A stretch of 49,336 nt of DNA. It comes from a virus. Taxonomy: Duplodnaviria > Caudoviricetes. The stretch is from positions 1 to 49,336 of IMG/VR virus record IMGVR_UViG_3300032332_000936, one strand, 5' to 3'. Of the stretch, positions 10,475 to 20,430 are shown piece by piece. The translations under genes and the position numbers were made by a program. The notes under the pieces were generated by a model that searched no databases, was not told the DNA's origin, and saw only the letters and a program-made list of their open reading frames with translations. Within the stretch, counting starts at the first letter, position 1, and every line of letters starts with the position of its first letter.

Positions 10475-11401
10475 ATGAAACAATTGTTCTATATTGATGG
10501 TGGTGCAGGAAGAATTATTGCTGCAATTCCTGCACTACTTAAATTCAGTCGGTTAAATCCAGATGCAGATTGGAATATATTGATACCTGCATGGGATAAT
10601 TTATTATGGAGTATACCAGAATTACAAGATCGCGTTTATAGTTTAGACACGAAAGGGTTATTTGAAAATACGATTTCAAAAGCCGATGTAATTCATTCAC
10701 CAGAACCTTACCGTGTTCCCGGTTATTTTAATCAGAAGTTATCTCTTGCAGAAGCATTTGATAGTGAAATAAACAAAACTGATGATCATTCTGATTTAGG
10801 TCCGCCTGTAATGATGTTCAACAAAAATGAAAAAATTTGGGCAAAGAATACGATTGAAGAGGCAAAGGCGGCTTCTAAGAAATCAAAAACAATTATCTTT
10901 CAACCATATGGATCTGGTGCAGCAATAAACAATAAAGATATTGTCGATACTTCTTCAAGAAGTTTAAGTGTACAAGCATTTTTATCATTGTCGAAAAAAT
11001 TATCTGCCAGATACAATGTTGTATTTTTCGGTGAACCTCAATTACAAGTACCAGAAGATACGTTCACATTAAAGGTACCAAATGCAGATTTGCGTATGTG
11101 GGCAAGTTTAATTGATGCTGCTGATTATTTTGTTGGTGTCGATTCGGTTGGTCAACATATGGCAAGAGCAGTTGGCACAAGAGGAACAGTAATATATGGT
11201 TCCACGTTTCCCATAAATACTTCGTATCCAGATTACTTTCAAGTCTTAGAAAAAGAAGGTATTAAAAAATATTCTCCTATTCGAATCTCAGGACTAGATT
11301 CAGTTTTAGCGGATAGATTGAATGAAAAGTTGATGGAGTTTGAAGAAAAGGAAATTAAAGAAATCTATGACACCATAGTTTCTGATATTGAAAAGAGGTA
11401 A
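10475..11401 (+). CDS. Glycosyltransferase family 9-like (heptosyltransferase, GT-B fold)
   Basis: N-terminal GGAGRII, middle IIFQPYGS and C-terminal LIDAADYFVGVDSVGQHMARAVG, matching the GT9 'DSG..H.A.A.G' signature. Confidence 0.75.
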   Translation: MKQLFYIDGGAGRIIAAIPALLKFSRLNPDADWNILIPAWDNLLWSIPELQDRVYSLDTKGLFENTISKADVIHSPEPYRVPGYFNQKLSLAEAFDSEINKTDDHSDLGPPVMMFNKNEKIWAKNTIEEAKAASKKSKTIIFQPYGSGAAINNKDIVDTSSRSLSVQAFLSLSKKLSARYNVVFFGEPQLQVPEDTFTLKVPNADLRMWASLIDAADYFVGVDSVGQHMARAVGTRGTVIYGSTFPINTSYPDYFQVLEKEGIKKYSPIRISGLDSVLADRLNEKLMEFEEKEIKEIYDTIVSDIEKR

Positions 11402-11403
11402 TT

Positions 11404-13098
11404 ATGTACAATATTATGGGAATAAATCCTGGACATAATGGTTCAGTTGCATTAGTTTCTGATGGTAAAATAGTTTTTTACTGTGAGGAAGAAAGGTTAT
11501 CACGTTTAAAATATGATGGCAATCCTTTCAGAGGCATGATCAAAATACTTGAACAGTATCAAATTGATGAATTATATATTGGCGGTACTAATCCAGACTT
11601 AGCAAAACTGCCTTGGACAAACGAGGATGCATACTCCGCACTTGTCAGAAAATATAGTCCACAAGTTAAGATTACAAACATTGGAGATCAACATCATGCT
11701 GGTCATGCCGCTGGTGCATTTTATAATTCTGGTTTTGAATCTGCTGTAGCGGTAATAGTTGATGGTGCAGGCAGTGTACATCAAGCAGTTGTCAATCAAG
11801 AACAGAATCAAGGCGTTGCTGGTTTTGAAACTGAATCAATTATCAAGTGTTCATATCCAGCATCATTTGATCCTCTTTATAAAAGATATGCTGACGGCAA
11901 TGCATTTTATTTTAATAATGGTGTGCAAGAATTTGACAATACCGTTACGATTACAAAAGCATACGAAGCAGTTTCAAATTATCTAGGGTTTGGTTTCATC
12001 GAAGCGGGCAAGACTATGGGTCTGGCACCATATGGTGAACAAGATGACCGCATACCAGAATTTTTTGTAGAAGGTAAAGGTAATAAAAATCTACTGTTAC
12101 CAATGTATCCTGCTGGCGCATTAATTGACGAGAATAGATTTCCATACTTAAAACGCACACTTGAACCAGAAGTTTGGCATAAAGATTTCACACAAGTGTC
12201 GGATGTAGATAAAAATCTTGCATGGGCAGTACAAGAAGAAACACAAAGAATGGTTGGCGATTTAATTGAAAAGGCAATCGATTTATCAAGTGAAACAAAC
12301 GTAGTAATTGCCGGTGGTTATGGTTTAAATTGTGTTGCAAATTATTACTACAAGAAAAGATTTCCAAAAATTAATTTATATATCGATCCAGTTTCACACG
12401 ATGGTGGTACGGCAATTGGTATTGCACTTCTTGGTTGGTACATACACAGCGAATCGACAACAACAAATAAGTTATCTTCTTTATATCTAAGTTTTCCACC
12501 AGTCTATGCAAATGTGGAAGAATACGCAAAGAGATTCAAATTAAAGATACACAACACCAACGCATCTACAGTTGCACAACTACTCACAGAACAAAACATC
12601 GTTGCGATGTTCTCCGGGCGCGCGGAAGGTGGTCCTAGAGCCCTTGGTAACAGGTCTATTCTATTTGATCCTAGAAACCCCGATGGTAAAGAAATCGTCA
12701 ATCAGGTAAAGGGCAGAGAATGGTTTCGACCATTTGCCGGTTCAATGTTAGCCGAATACGCAAACGATTGGTTTGAAATGTGTGGTTTGGAAGAATCACC
12801 TCATATGATGTACGCAATTAGTGTTAAAGTAGAAAAACTTGGTGAAATTCCTGCTATTACACATGTTGATGGCACTTGTAGAATACAAACAGTAAAAGCA
12901 AGAGACAATAAACCGTACTATGATTTGATTAAGGCATTCCATGAAAAAACTGGTGTGCCAATTTTATTCAATACAAGTTTTAATTTAGCAGGTGATCCTT
13001 TAGTAGAAACAATTGAGGATGCATTTAATACACTATTAAATTCTGATATCAATTATCTTTACTTGCCTGAAATTAAAAAACTGATAGTTAAACAATAG
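11404..13098 (+). CDS. O-carbamoyltransferase (CmcH/NodU/TobZ family)
   Basis: EEERLSRLK, HHAGHA, VDGAG, GKTMGLAPYG, AGGYGLNCVAN, GPRALGNRSIL, VKGREWFRPFA, HVDGTCRIQTV and NTSFN motifs. Confidence 0.93.
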   Translation: MYNIMGINPGHNGSVALVSDGKIVFYCEEERLSRLKYDGNPFRGMIKILEQYQIDELYIGGTNPDLAKLPWTNEDAYSALVRKYSPQVKITNIGDQHHAGHAAGAFYNSGFESAVAVIVDGAGSVHQAVVNQEQNQGVAGFETESIIKCSYPASFDPLYKRYADGNAFYFNNGVQEFDNTVTITKAYEAVSNYLGFGFIEAGKTMGLAPYGEQDDRIPEFFVEGKGNKNLLLPMYPAGALIDENRFPYLKRTLEPEVWHKDFTQVSDVDKNLAWAVQEETQRMVGDLIEKAIDLSSETNVVIAGGYGLNCVANYYYKKRFPKINLYIDPVSHDGGTAIGIALLGWYIHSESTTTNKLSSLYLSFPPVYANVEEYAKRFKLKIHNTNASTVAQLLTEQNIVAMFSGRAEGGPRALGNRSILFDPRNPDGKEIVNQVKGREWFRPFAGSMLAEYANDWFEMCGLEESPHMMYAISVKVEKLGEIPAITHVDGTCRIQTVKARDNKPYYDLIKAFHEKTGVPILFNTSFNLAGDPLVETIEDAFNTLLNSDINYLYLPEIKKLIVKQ

Positions 13099-13105
13099 GA
13101 ACATT

Positions 13106-13918
13106 ATGAAAAAATTAAATTTTATTTCTGGTTTACCAAGATCCGGTTCAACTTTACTTTCTGCCATATTGAAACAAAACCCTAGGTTTACGGCATCGAT
13201 GACTGATCCAATGTTGGACATGGCTCGTGCAACATTAGTTCCCGTACAATCTTCTCCTGGCATGGAACATTTTATTACACTTGAAAAGAAAAGAAAAATT
13301 ATTCGTGCTATGTTTGAGTCCTATTATGATGACACAACAGAAGTTTGTTTTAACACAAATCGAGGATGGGCAGCACATACACCCATGGTAAAAGAACTTT
13401 GGCCAAATTCAAAAATTATTCTTACAATTAGAGATGTACCTTGGATATTAGATTCTGTCGAACGAATCAATGAAAAAAATCCATTATCACTCAAAGGTGT
13501 TTATGGCGGGCAAGACATTCTTTCTGTATATGAAAGAACTCATACAATTATGGCCATTGGTGGATTCGTAAATGCACCTTTAGCATGTACAAAACAAGCA
13601 TTATACTCAAATGAAAAAGATATGATTTGTGTTGTCGATTATGATGGTCTTACAAAGAAACCTGAAAACACAATGCGCAAACTCTATGCTTTTTTAGAAG
13701 AACCATATTTCAATCATGATTTTGATAATGTTGAAGATAGTTATGATGAGTTTGATGATAAAATGTTAATGTCTGGGTTACATAAAGTTAAAAGAAAAGT
13801 TCAAGCAGTAAATCGTAAACCTATTTTACCGGAAGATTTGTGGAGAATGTATGCCGATCAATCATTCTGGAAAAAGAATTTTGATCACATAAAAAAACAA
13901 CTTACTTGGATCGATTAA
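13106..13918 (+). CDS. PAPS-dependent sulfotransferase
   Basis: 5'-PSB loop ISGLPRSGSTLL and 3'-PB-like IILTIRD...S. Confidence 0.88.
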   Translation: MKKLNFISGLPRSGSTLLSAILKQNPRFTASMTDPMLDMARATLVPVQSSPGMEHFITLEKKRKIIRAMFESYYDDTTEVCFNTNRGWAAHTPMVKELWPNSKIILTIRDVPWILDSVERINEKNPLSLKGVYGGQDILSVYERTHTIMAIGGFVNAPLACTKQALYSNEKDMICVVDYDGLTKKPENTMRKLYAFLEEPYFNHDFDNVEDSYDEFDDKMLMSGLHKVKRKVQAVNRKPILPEDLWRMYADQSFWKKNFDHIKKQLTWID

Positions 13919-13919
13919 T

Positions 13920-14558
13920 ATGAGAAGTTACGGTGCAAGATTTCGAAATCTAAGAGATAACGGAATCAATATAAGTTATGCATTAGATATAGGTGCTTAT
14001 CGTGGTGATTTTTCCAAAATACTAAGAGAAATATGGCCCAATATAAACATATGGCAATTTGAGGCAGACGAAAGACAAAAACCTTGGTTGGATCCAAATG
14101 CAATTTTTGGTTTACTGAGTGATAAACCAAATGTTTCTGTGGACTTTTTTACTTTGGATAATGAGAATAGTATAACCACTGGCAGTTCAATGTACAGAGA
14201 ACTTACTTCATACTATAAAAATCCTATAGTCGTAAAGAAAAAAACAAAAACACTAGATTCTATTATGGATCAAGTTAACTTTAGAGGCAATTGGAAAAAT
14301 GCGGGTCTTATAAAACTAGACACACAAGGATCCGAATTAGATATTCTTAAAGGTGGTGAAAAATTTCTAAGCACTTTTAAACCAAAATATATACTGATAG
14401 AAACTTCAGTCATAAGATACAATGAAAACGCACCACTTGTTGGTGAAGTTATTGAGTATATGAGAATGAAAAATTATCATATAGTTGATATTCCGAATTA
14501 TCAATATGAAAATAATGGTAAGTTATTACAAATGGATATTTTATTTGGTGCACCATGA
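13920..14558 (+). CDS. FkbM-family SAM methyltransferase
   Basis: LDIGAYRG, FEAD and LIKLDTQGSELDILKG motifs. Confidence 0.9.
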   Translation: MRSYGARFRNLRDNGINISYALDIGAYRGDFSKILREIWPNINIWQFEADERQKPWLDPNAIFGLLSDKPNVSVDFFTLDNENSITTGSSMYRELTSYYKNPIVVKKKTKTLDSIMDQVNFRGNWKNAGLIKLDTQGSELDILKGGEKFLSTFKPKYILIETSVIRYNENAPLVGEVIEYMRMKNYHIVDIPNYQYENNGKLLQMDILFGAP

Positions 14559-15457
14559 GACCTTTAGGCGGAACTGAAATTTTACACGAAGCATTAATGC
14601 GGCATATGGGTTCAGATTGGAACCATAATATAAATTTAATACCTTGTGTATGCGCACACGAAAGACTTATGCCCAATAAAATTAATATTATTTGGCAACA
14701 ATTAAGTTATGACCAAGATAATGTAAAACTTATGTACGATAAAAATTTTACGGATAAAGTTGATTACTTTATATACGGGTCACATTGGGTACATGAAAAA
14801 TATAGAAACGTTTTTAATACACCAGAAAGAAAATCAATTGTAATTAAAAATGCTATTGATAAAATCCCTTTCGTACCAAAAAAGAAAACAAATAAATTAA
14901 AATTAATTTACACATCGACACCTTGGCGAGGGTTACACCTTTTATTAGATTCTTTTGAAAGATTAAATCGTGATGATGTTGAACTGGATGTTTATTCGTC
15001 AAATGTAATATATGGAAAGGCATTTGAAGAGATGACCAAAGGTATGTACGATCAACTTTTTGCTCGTGCCAAGAAAATGAAGAATGTTAATTACATGGGT
15101 TATGCATCAAATGCTGGTATCCGAAGAGCGTTACAAAACGCACATATATACACATATCCAAGTATTTTTGAAGAGACTAGTTGCCTTTCTGCAATGGAAG
15201 CAGGTGCAGCAGGATGCAAAATGTTGGTCACAAATTATGGTGCATTATATGAAACTTGTTCTGATTGGGCAACATTTGTAACATACACAAGTGATTATGA
15301 TTTTTTGATTGAAAGTTACACAAAAGAGTTGAATAGAACAATAGATTCATATAAACATGATGATATTTTTTATGAACGGCAATCAAATTATTTTAATGAA
15401 TTTTATTCATGGGATAAAAGAATAGTTGAGTGGAAAAGATTTTTAAGTGGACTATAA
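14555..15457 (+). CDS. Glycosyltransferase, GT4/Glycos_transf_1-like
   Basis: GGTE, VIKNAI, YTSTPWRGL and YPSIFEETSCLSAMEA (EX7E). Confidence 0.88.
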   Translation: MRPLGGTEILHEALMRHMGSDWNHNINLIPCVCAHERLMPNKINIIWQQLSYDQDNVKLMYDKNFTDKVDYFIYGSHWVHEKYRNVFNTPERKSIVIKNAIDKIPFVPKKKTNKLKLIYTSTPWRGLHLLLDSFERLNRDDVELDVYSSNVIYGKAFEEMTKGMYDQLFARAKKMKNVNYMGYASNAGIRRALQNAHIYTYPSIFEETSCLSAMEAGAAGCKMLVTNYGALYETCSDWATFVTYTSDYDFLIESYTKELNRTIDSYKHDDIFYERQSNYFNEFYSWDKRIVEWKRFLSGL

Positions 15458-15458
15458 A

Positions 15459-16202
15459 ATGCAACAACGTAAAAGAAAAGTTTTAATAGGATCACCATCC
15501 TATGATGGAAGAATTGACGTTTGGTATACAAACAGTCTAATCAATTCTATAAAATATTCTTATGATAATAATTTAAATATTGATTTGATACCAATGTGGG
15601 TGAGTTTTGATGCGTTAATTCAAAGGTCAAGAAACGATACTGTTTACATTGCATTAGAACAACAATGTGACGATTTGTTTTGGATTGATACTGATATTGA
15701 ATGGCAACCAGAATGGTTATTTAAATTACTTGATTATGATGTTGATGTTGTTGGTGGAACATATCCAAAGAAAGGTGATATTTTTGAAATGTATGTTGGT
15801 AGTTTTGGCAATATGAATCCAGGACCTTTTGGTCTAAAAGAAGTTGATGGTTTAGGTACAGGATTTTTAAGGTTTAGTAGAAAGGCCTGTCAATGGTTAT
15901 GGGATAATAGTGAAAGATACTTGGAGACTCCAGAAACACCAGGAGAAAAATTAAAAGATAGAAGATGGATTTTTGATGTTTGTGTTAAAGATGGAAGTAT
16001 GGTGAGTGAGGATATTGCAGTATGCAGGAAGTTAAGAGAAGAAGGAAATTTTAAAATTTATCTAGATACAAAAGTTACTTGCAATCATGTTGGAGGTAAA
16101 AAATATAAAGGTGATTTTGAAAAATGGTATGCAAAAAATAAATCTTTCACCAAAGAAAAAAAAGGTTTAAATTATTTGGAACAATATAAAAAATTTTACT
16201 AA
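15459..16202 (+). CDS. GT-A (GT2-like) putative glycosyltransferase
   Basis: SRN, DxD (IDTD), GGTYPKK, GTGFL, SEDIAVC and terminal H-x-G motifs. Start set at ATG 15459 just after the upstream stop. Confidence 0.75.
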   Translation: MQQRKRKVLIGSPSYDGRIDVWYTNSLINSIKYSYDNNLNIDLIPMWVSFDALIQRSRNDTVYIALEQQCDDLFWIDTDIEWQPEWLFKLLDYDVDVVGGTYPKKGDIFEMYVGSFGNMNPGPFGLKEVDGLGTGFLRFSRKACQWLWDNSERYLETPETPGEKLKDRRWIFDVCVKDGSMVSEDIAVCRKLREEGNFKIYLDTKVTCNHVGGKKYKGDFEKWYAKNKSFTKEKKGLNYLEQYKKFY

Positions 16203-16212
16203 GGAGTATGAT

Positions 16213-17013
16213 ATGAAAAACAATAGAAAAGTGCCACAACAAGTTGAAGAAACAACTGAGGTGCCTGAACAAACTCAACCACAAATTAAAAATATTTTCA
16301 TTTTAACATATTCAAAAGAAAATAATTTAAGTCAGGTATATGTTAATAGTTTAGCTACTACTATCAGAATGGCTGCATTTAATAACATTAGAGTTTTTCC
16401 TGTAGTAATAGGCCAGATAGATAATCCAATGATGGCAAAAAATGAACTGTTAAATATGATACAGTCTGAAGATTATATTTCTGCCGTTTTTGTAAATCCA
16501 GATTTGGCCTGGGATCCAGTATCTTTACTGGAGATTTGTTTAAACGAAGAAGATGCAATTGCACTTCCAGTTGTGAAGAAATTATTTAATAATGTGGTGT
16601 TTGATTTAGATATTGATATGGAAAATATCAATAAGAATGATGAAGGACTTATTGAAGTCCGTTATGCAAGCACAGGTATGTTGAAATTGAGCAAAACTCT
16701 TGTTGATGCATTATTGGATAGTTCGATATCAATTACAAACAATACCGGAAATGAAATAAAAAATGTCTTTGAATGTGAAATCAAAGACGGTAAATTCTTC
16801 AACGAAAGTATCGTACTATGCAACAAAATTAAAGAAATGGGTTATACAGTTTGGTTAAGTCCAAAAACCACTTGCGGTCAGGTTGCTGATAATATGTACG
16901 CGGTTGATTTTGCCGAAGCGTTTCAAAATCAAACATCAGTACCACAATCAAATGAAGTAGAAGATGTTGAAGTAAAAGAAGATACTGATGATATTAAAGA
17001 TTTATATTCATAA
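16213..17013 (+). CDS. Divergent GT-A-like paralog lacking DxD
   Basis: Same layout as 15459 and 42773 (Y..SL, AKN, LPVVKK, EV...STGML, ESIVLC, VWL), but NPD replaces DxD. Confidence 0.55.
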   Translation: MKNNRKVPQQVEETTEVPEQTQPQIKNIFILTYSKENNLSQVYVNSLATTIRMAAFNNIRVFPVVIGQIDNPMMAKNELLNMIQSEDYISAVFVNPDLAWDPVSLLEICLNEEDAIALPVVKKLFNNVVFDLDIDMENINKNDEGLIEVRYASTGMLKLSKTLVDALLDSSISITNNTGNEIKNVFECEIKDGKFFNESIVLCNKIKEMGYTVWLSPKTTCGQVADNMYAVDFAEAFQNQTSVPQSNEVEDVEVKEDTDDIKDLYS

Positions 17014-17023
17014 GGAGTAAATT

Positions 17024-17899
17024 ATGGCACAGAAAATTTTAATTATGGGTCTTCCAGGTTCAGGCAAAACATTTCTAGCAAAAGCACTTAAAACTTATCT
17101 AGAAACAAATAGTTCACTTGAAACAATGCCGTTGTATCGTGCAACGACAATGGAACTATTGCCAACGCAGTACAAATCAAAAGTTGACTGGTTTAATGCC
17201 GATGATATTCGTCAAAAATATAATGACTGGGATTTCAGTAAAGAAGGACGCATTAGGCAAAGTATTAGAATGGCAAGGTTTGCACTAGAATGTACTGGCG
17301 ATTTTGTCATTTGCGACTTTGTTGCACCGTTAGTTGAAATGCGTAATAACTTTAAGGCAGACTGGACAATTTGGGTAGACACAATTGATGCGGGTAGATA
17401 CGAAGATACAAACAAAGCATTTGTTCCACCAGAAGTATATGACTTTAGAATCACAGAACAAAACTGTGAAAAGTGGGCAGAGTTTATTGGATATCACATT
17501 TTGTACAACAAACGCAGACCAACATTTGATTGGAAAAAAGAAACTGTGCAGATGTTAGGACGTTGGCAACCGTGGCATGAGGGTCATCGTGCATTATTCG
17601 ACCGATTAATTGCTCGCACAGGTCAAGTTGTTATTCAAATTCGTGATTGTCAAGGATGGCAAGGAAGTAATCCTTTTGCAATTGACCAAGTAAAATCACT
17701 TATTAAACGTGACTTAGATCCATTATATCAAGGGCAATATGAAATTCAAGTTGTACCAAACATTGTTCATATTGGTTGGGGGCGATCAGTTGGTTATACA
17801 TCAGGTGAAGAAAAGTTTGATGAATCGATTACAACTATTTCTGCAACTAAAATTAGAGAAGGGCTTGGCCTAAATGAACAAGTATCATATAAGATTTAA
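17024..17899 (+). CDS. Adenylylsulfate (APS) kinase-like domain fused to an HxGH nucleotidyltransferase domain
   Basis: P-loop GLPGSGKT, NADDIR..DWDFSKEGR, DFVAP. C-terminal GRWQPWHEGH and ISATKIR. Confidence 0.75.
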   Translation: MAQKILIMGLPGSGKTFLAKALKTYLETNSSLETMPLYRATTMELLPTQYKSKVDWFNADDIRQKYNDWDFSKEGRIRQSIRMARFALECTGDFVICDFVAPLVEMRNNFKADWTIWVDTIDAGRYEDTNKAFVPPEVYDFRITEQNCEKWAEFIGYHILYNKRRPTFDWKKETVQMLGRWQPWHEGHRALFDRLIARTGQVVIQIRDCQGWQGSNPFAIDQVKSLIKRDLDPLYQGQYEIQVVPNIVHIGWGRSVGYTSGEEKFDESITTISATKIREGLGLNEQVSYKI

Positions 17900-18098
17900 C
17901 ACTAAACATAATGGTTCCAATTTAGTTTGGAGAATTTTTGAAAACGGTGTTGAACATTTGGCCACAGATGTGAGACTGATAGGAGAAACTTTTACAGAAT
18001 GTACACACGAATACGGTGAAACAAAGTGGAATATAGCATGTCATGGTAGATTAATATGGGTGGATCAAGTGGCTATAATAGTTACTGAAAAAGATTAA
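17874..18098 (+). CDS. Hypothetical protein
   Basis: 74-aa ORF overlapping the upstream stop, with protein-like composition. Confidence 0.6.
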   Translation: MNKYHIRFNTKHNGSNLVWRIFENGVEHLATDVRLIGETFTECTHEYGETKWNIACHGRLIWVDQVAIIVTEKD

Positions 18099-18122
18099 TA
18101 ATAAATAAACGATTTTCAAAAA

Positions 18123-18130
18123 CATAAATA
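18123..18130 (+). promoter_or_regulatory. T4-type late promoter (CATAAATA)
   Basis: Intergenic, upstream of the 18159 ORF and the neck genes. Confidence 0.6.
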
Positions 18131-18158
18131 TAGGTATATTTTTAAAAGGAGATTTAAA

Positions 18159-18452
18159 ATGACTGTATTATCTAAAAAAGTTGTGGTTGTACCTGCTGTT
18201 GCTGCACTAGAAGTCGAATCTTTTGATTTGGTTGACGTACAGGAAAACTATGGTTACGGTAGTGAAGATGGAGGAGGAAATCAAGGACGAGGACAACGCA
18301 ATTCAGTTCAAGCATTGATTGTTTTTCCTACTAGTCCTCCAACATACCGCAACATCAATGCTTGGACTGGTGATGAATACCTTGCAGTTCGCGGTACATG
18401 GACAGATGAAACATTGAAAGAAAAAATTAAACAAATCTTAGAATCCGAGTAA
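18159..18452 (+). CDS. Hypothetical protein
   Basis: 97-aa ORF with a strong AGGAG SD. Confidence 0.7.
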   Translation: MTVLSKKVVVVPAVAALEVESFDLVDVQENYGYGSEDGGGNQGRGQRNSVQALIVFPTSPPTYRNINAWTGDEYLAVRGTWTDETLKEKIKQILESE

Positions 18453-18473
18453 ACAATATAGGAAACTCCAGTT

Positions 18474-19247
18474 ATGTCGAACCCGACCTCAAGGTCCCAA
18501 TTTAAGGACTATTGTCTACGCAGACTTGGGTTTCCTGTCATTGAAATTAATGTCGATGATGATCAAATAGAAGATCGTATCGATGATGCATTACAATATT
18601 GGCAAGATTATCATTTTGATGGGTTACAAAAAGTCTATTACATTAAAGCGATAAGTCAAACAGATGTTAATAACAAATATTTAGATTTGACTCAGGCAAG
18701 AGATAGAGCCAATAATACTTTAGATATTGTTGGTGTGACTAGGATATTTCCTGTCACAGATTCGCAAGCATCTATAAGTATGTTTGATCTAAGATATCAG
18801 TTGCGCCTAAACGAATTATACGACTTCACTTCTGCATCATATATTAATTATACTATGACGATGCAACATTTAAGGTCTTTAGAAATATTGTTTTCAGGTG
18901 AAGTACCAATTCGTTTTCAAAGACATATGCAAAGACTCTATATTGATTGGGCATGGGGTAATTATGAGGCACCAGTCGGAACAGTTGTCATTGCAGAGTG
19001 TTATGCGGCCATCGATCCTGCATCATACTCAAAGGTATGGAATGATCGTTGGTTAAAAGAATATGCAACTGCATTAATCAAAAGAACTTGGGGAAATAAT
19101 ATGAAAAAGTTCTCAGGTCTACAATTGCCTGGTGGTGTAACACTCAATGGAGATAAAGTTTTTCAAGAGGCAACGGAAGAAATTACAAAACTTGAAGAAC
19201 AAATGCAAACTAATTATGGTGCACCGTTAGAATTTTTCTTAAATTAA
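18474..19247 (+). CDS. gp13: Neck protein gp13
   Basis: YCLRRLGFPVIEINVDDDQIEDRID, WLKEYATALIK, LPGGVTLNG, plus synteny. Confidence 0.93.
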   Translation: MSNPTSRSQFKDYCLRRLGFPVIEINVDDDQIEDRIDDALQYWQDYHFDGLQKVYYIKAISQTDVNNKYLDLTQARDRANNTLDIVGVTRIFPVTDSQASISMFDLRYQLRLNELYDFTSASYINYTMTMQHLRSLEILFSGEVPIRFQRHMQRLYIDWAWGNYEAPVGTVVIAECYAAIDPASYSKVWNDRWLKEYATALIKRTWGNNMKKFSGLQLPGGVTLNGDKVFQEATEEITKLEEQMQTNYGAPLEFFLN

Positions 19248-19248
19248 A

Positions 19249-20430
19249 ATGGCAACATCAGTATACTTTAATAATTATGGTTCCCATGCAGAACAAAGGG
19301 TAATTGAAGATTTAATTGTAGAATCCATTAAGATAATGGGTTTTGATGCATTTTATTTGCCAAATGATAATGATGTTGCAAGAGATTTGTTGTTTGGTGA
19401 AGACCCAACAAAAAAATTTAGGTCAGCATTTCCATTAGAATTATACTTATCTAATTCCACAGAATACATGGGTGAGAAAGAATTTTTCTCTAAATTTGGT
19501 TTAGAAATTAAAAACAATGTTAATGTAATACTTTCAAAGAGATCATTCTCTCAAAGAGTACAACAGAATAGTTTCACTAGACCAAGAGAAGGAGACTTGA
19601 TTTATATACCGTTTTTAAATGGAACTGGCGAGATATATGAGATTAAATTTACGAACCAAACAAAAGATTTCTTTATGTTGGGAAGAAAAGTACCATATTT
19701 CTACGAATTGGAACTGGAGAAATTCAAGTATTCACAAGAAGTTATCGAAACTGGTGTGGATTCAATCGATGATATTGTACTTGATTCTGGATACACAATT
19801 AATTTGAACTTGTTACCCGAAACAAAAGTTGTATACACCAGTTTGGAATGGACTTCTGGTCTCTTCGACGTTAATAAATTGGTGTTTGACGCTACGGGCT
19901 CTGGATTTATAAACAGTTTGGATAATTTATCTGTAGGTGATACAGTAGAATTTGTAATATCTGCATATAGTTCATCTGCTGTCAGAGCAATAGTAACAAA
20001 TATTGAAAATGTTGGATCCACCGATTATGTATTGTTGTTAGATATAACAATAGCAGGAGTTTTTGCCGTTTCTGAAATTACAATTTACCCAAGTATTCCA
20101 AATACAACTACAACTGCTGGATCAGGTTCATTTATATTAAGAGAAACTGTATATCAATCTTTGGATGGAACATCTGCAAATTCTTATTGTTACGCAACAT
20201 TACAATACTGGAATTCTGCCAATTCACAAATTTCGATAACAAATATAAACGGTGAATTTGCAACGAATAACTATGTATACGGCGAAACGAGCGGCGCTTA
20301 TCGTTATGTTACAGATTATGATGCGATGGAAACCGCACCAAAAAATGAAAACTTTGACAATAAATTTATCGAAGATGCTGCCAATCAGATCATCAACACT
20401 TCAGAAATCAATCCTTTTGGTGATATTTAA
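19249..20430 (+). CDS. gp14: Neck protein gp14 with internal insertion
   Basis: DLIVESIKIMG, FFSKFGLEI, RPREGDLIYIP and terminal E.NPFG. Confidence 0.9.
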   Translation: MATSVYFNNYGSHAEQRVIEDLIVESIKIMGFDAFYLPNDNDVARDLLFGEDPTKKFRSAFPLELYLSNSTEYMGEKEFFSKFGLEIKNNVNVILSKRSFSQRVQQNSFTRPREGDLIYIPFLNGTGEIYEIKFTNQTKDFFMLGRKVPYFYELELEKFKYSQEVIETGVDSIDDIVLDSGYTINLNLLPETKVVYTSLEWTSGLFDVNKLVFDATGSGFINSLDNLSVGDTVEFVISAYSSSAVRAIVTNIENVGSTDYVLLLDITIAGVFAVSEITIYPSIPNTTTTAGSGSFILRETVYQSLDGTSANSYCYATLQYWNSANSQISITNINGEFATNNYVYGETSGAYRYVTDYDAMETAPKNENFDNKFIEDAANQIINTSEINPFGDI

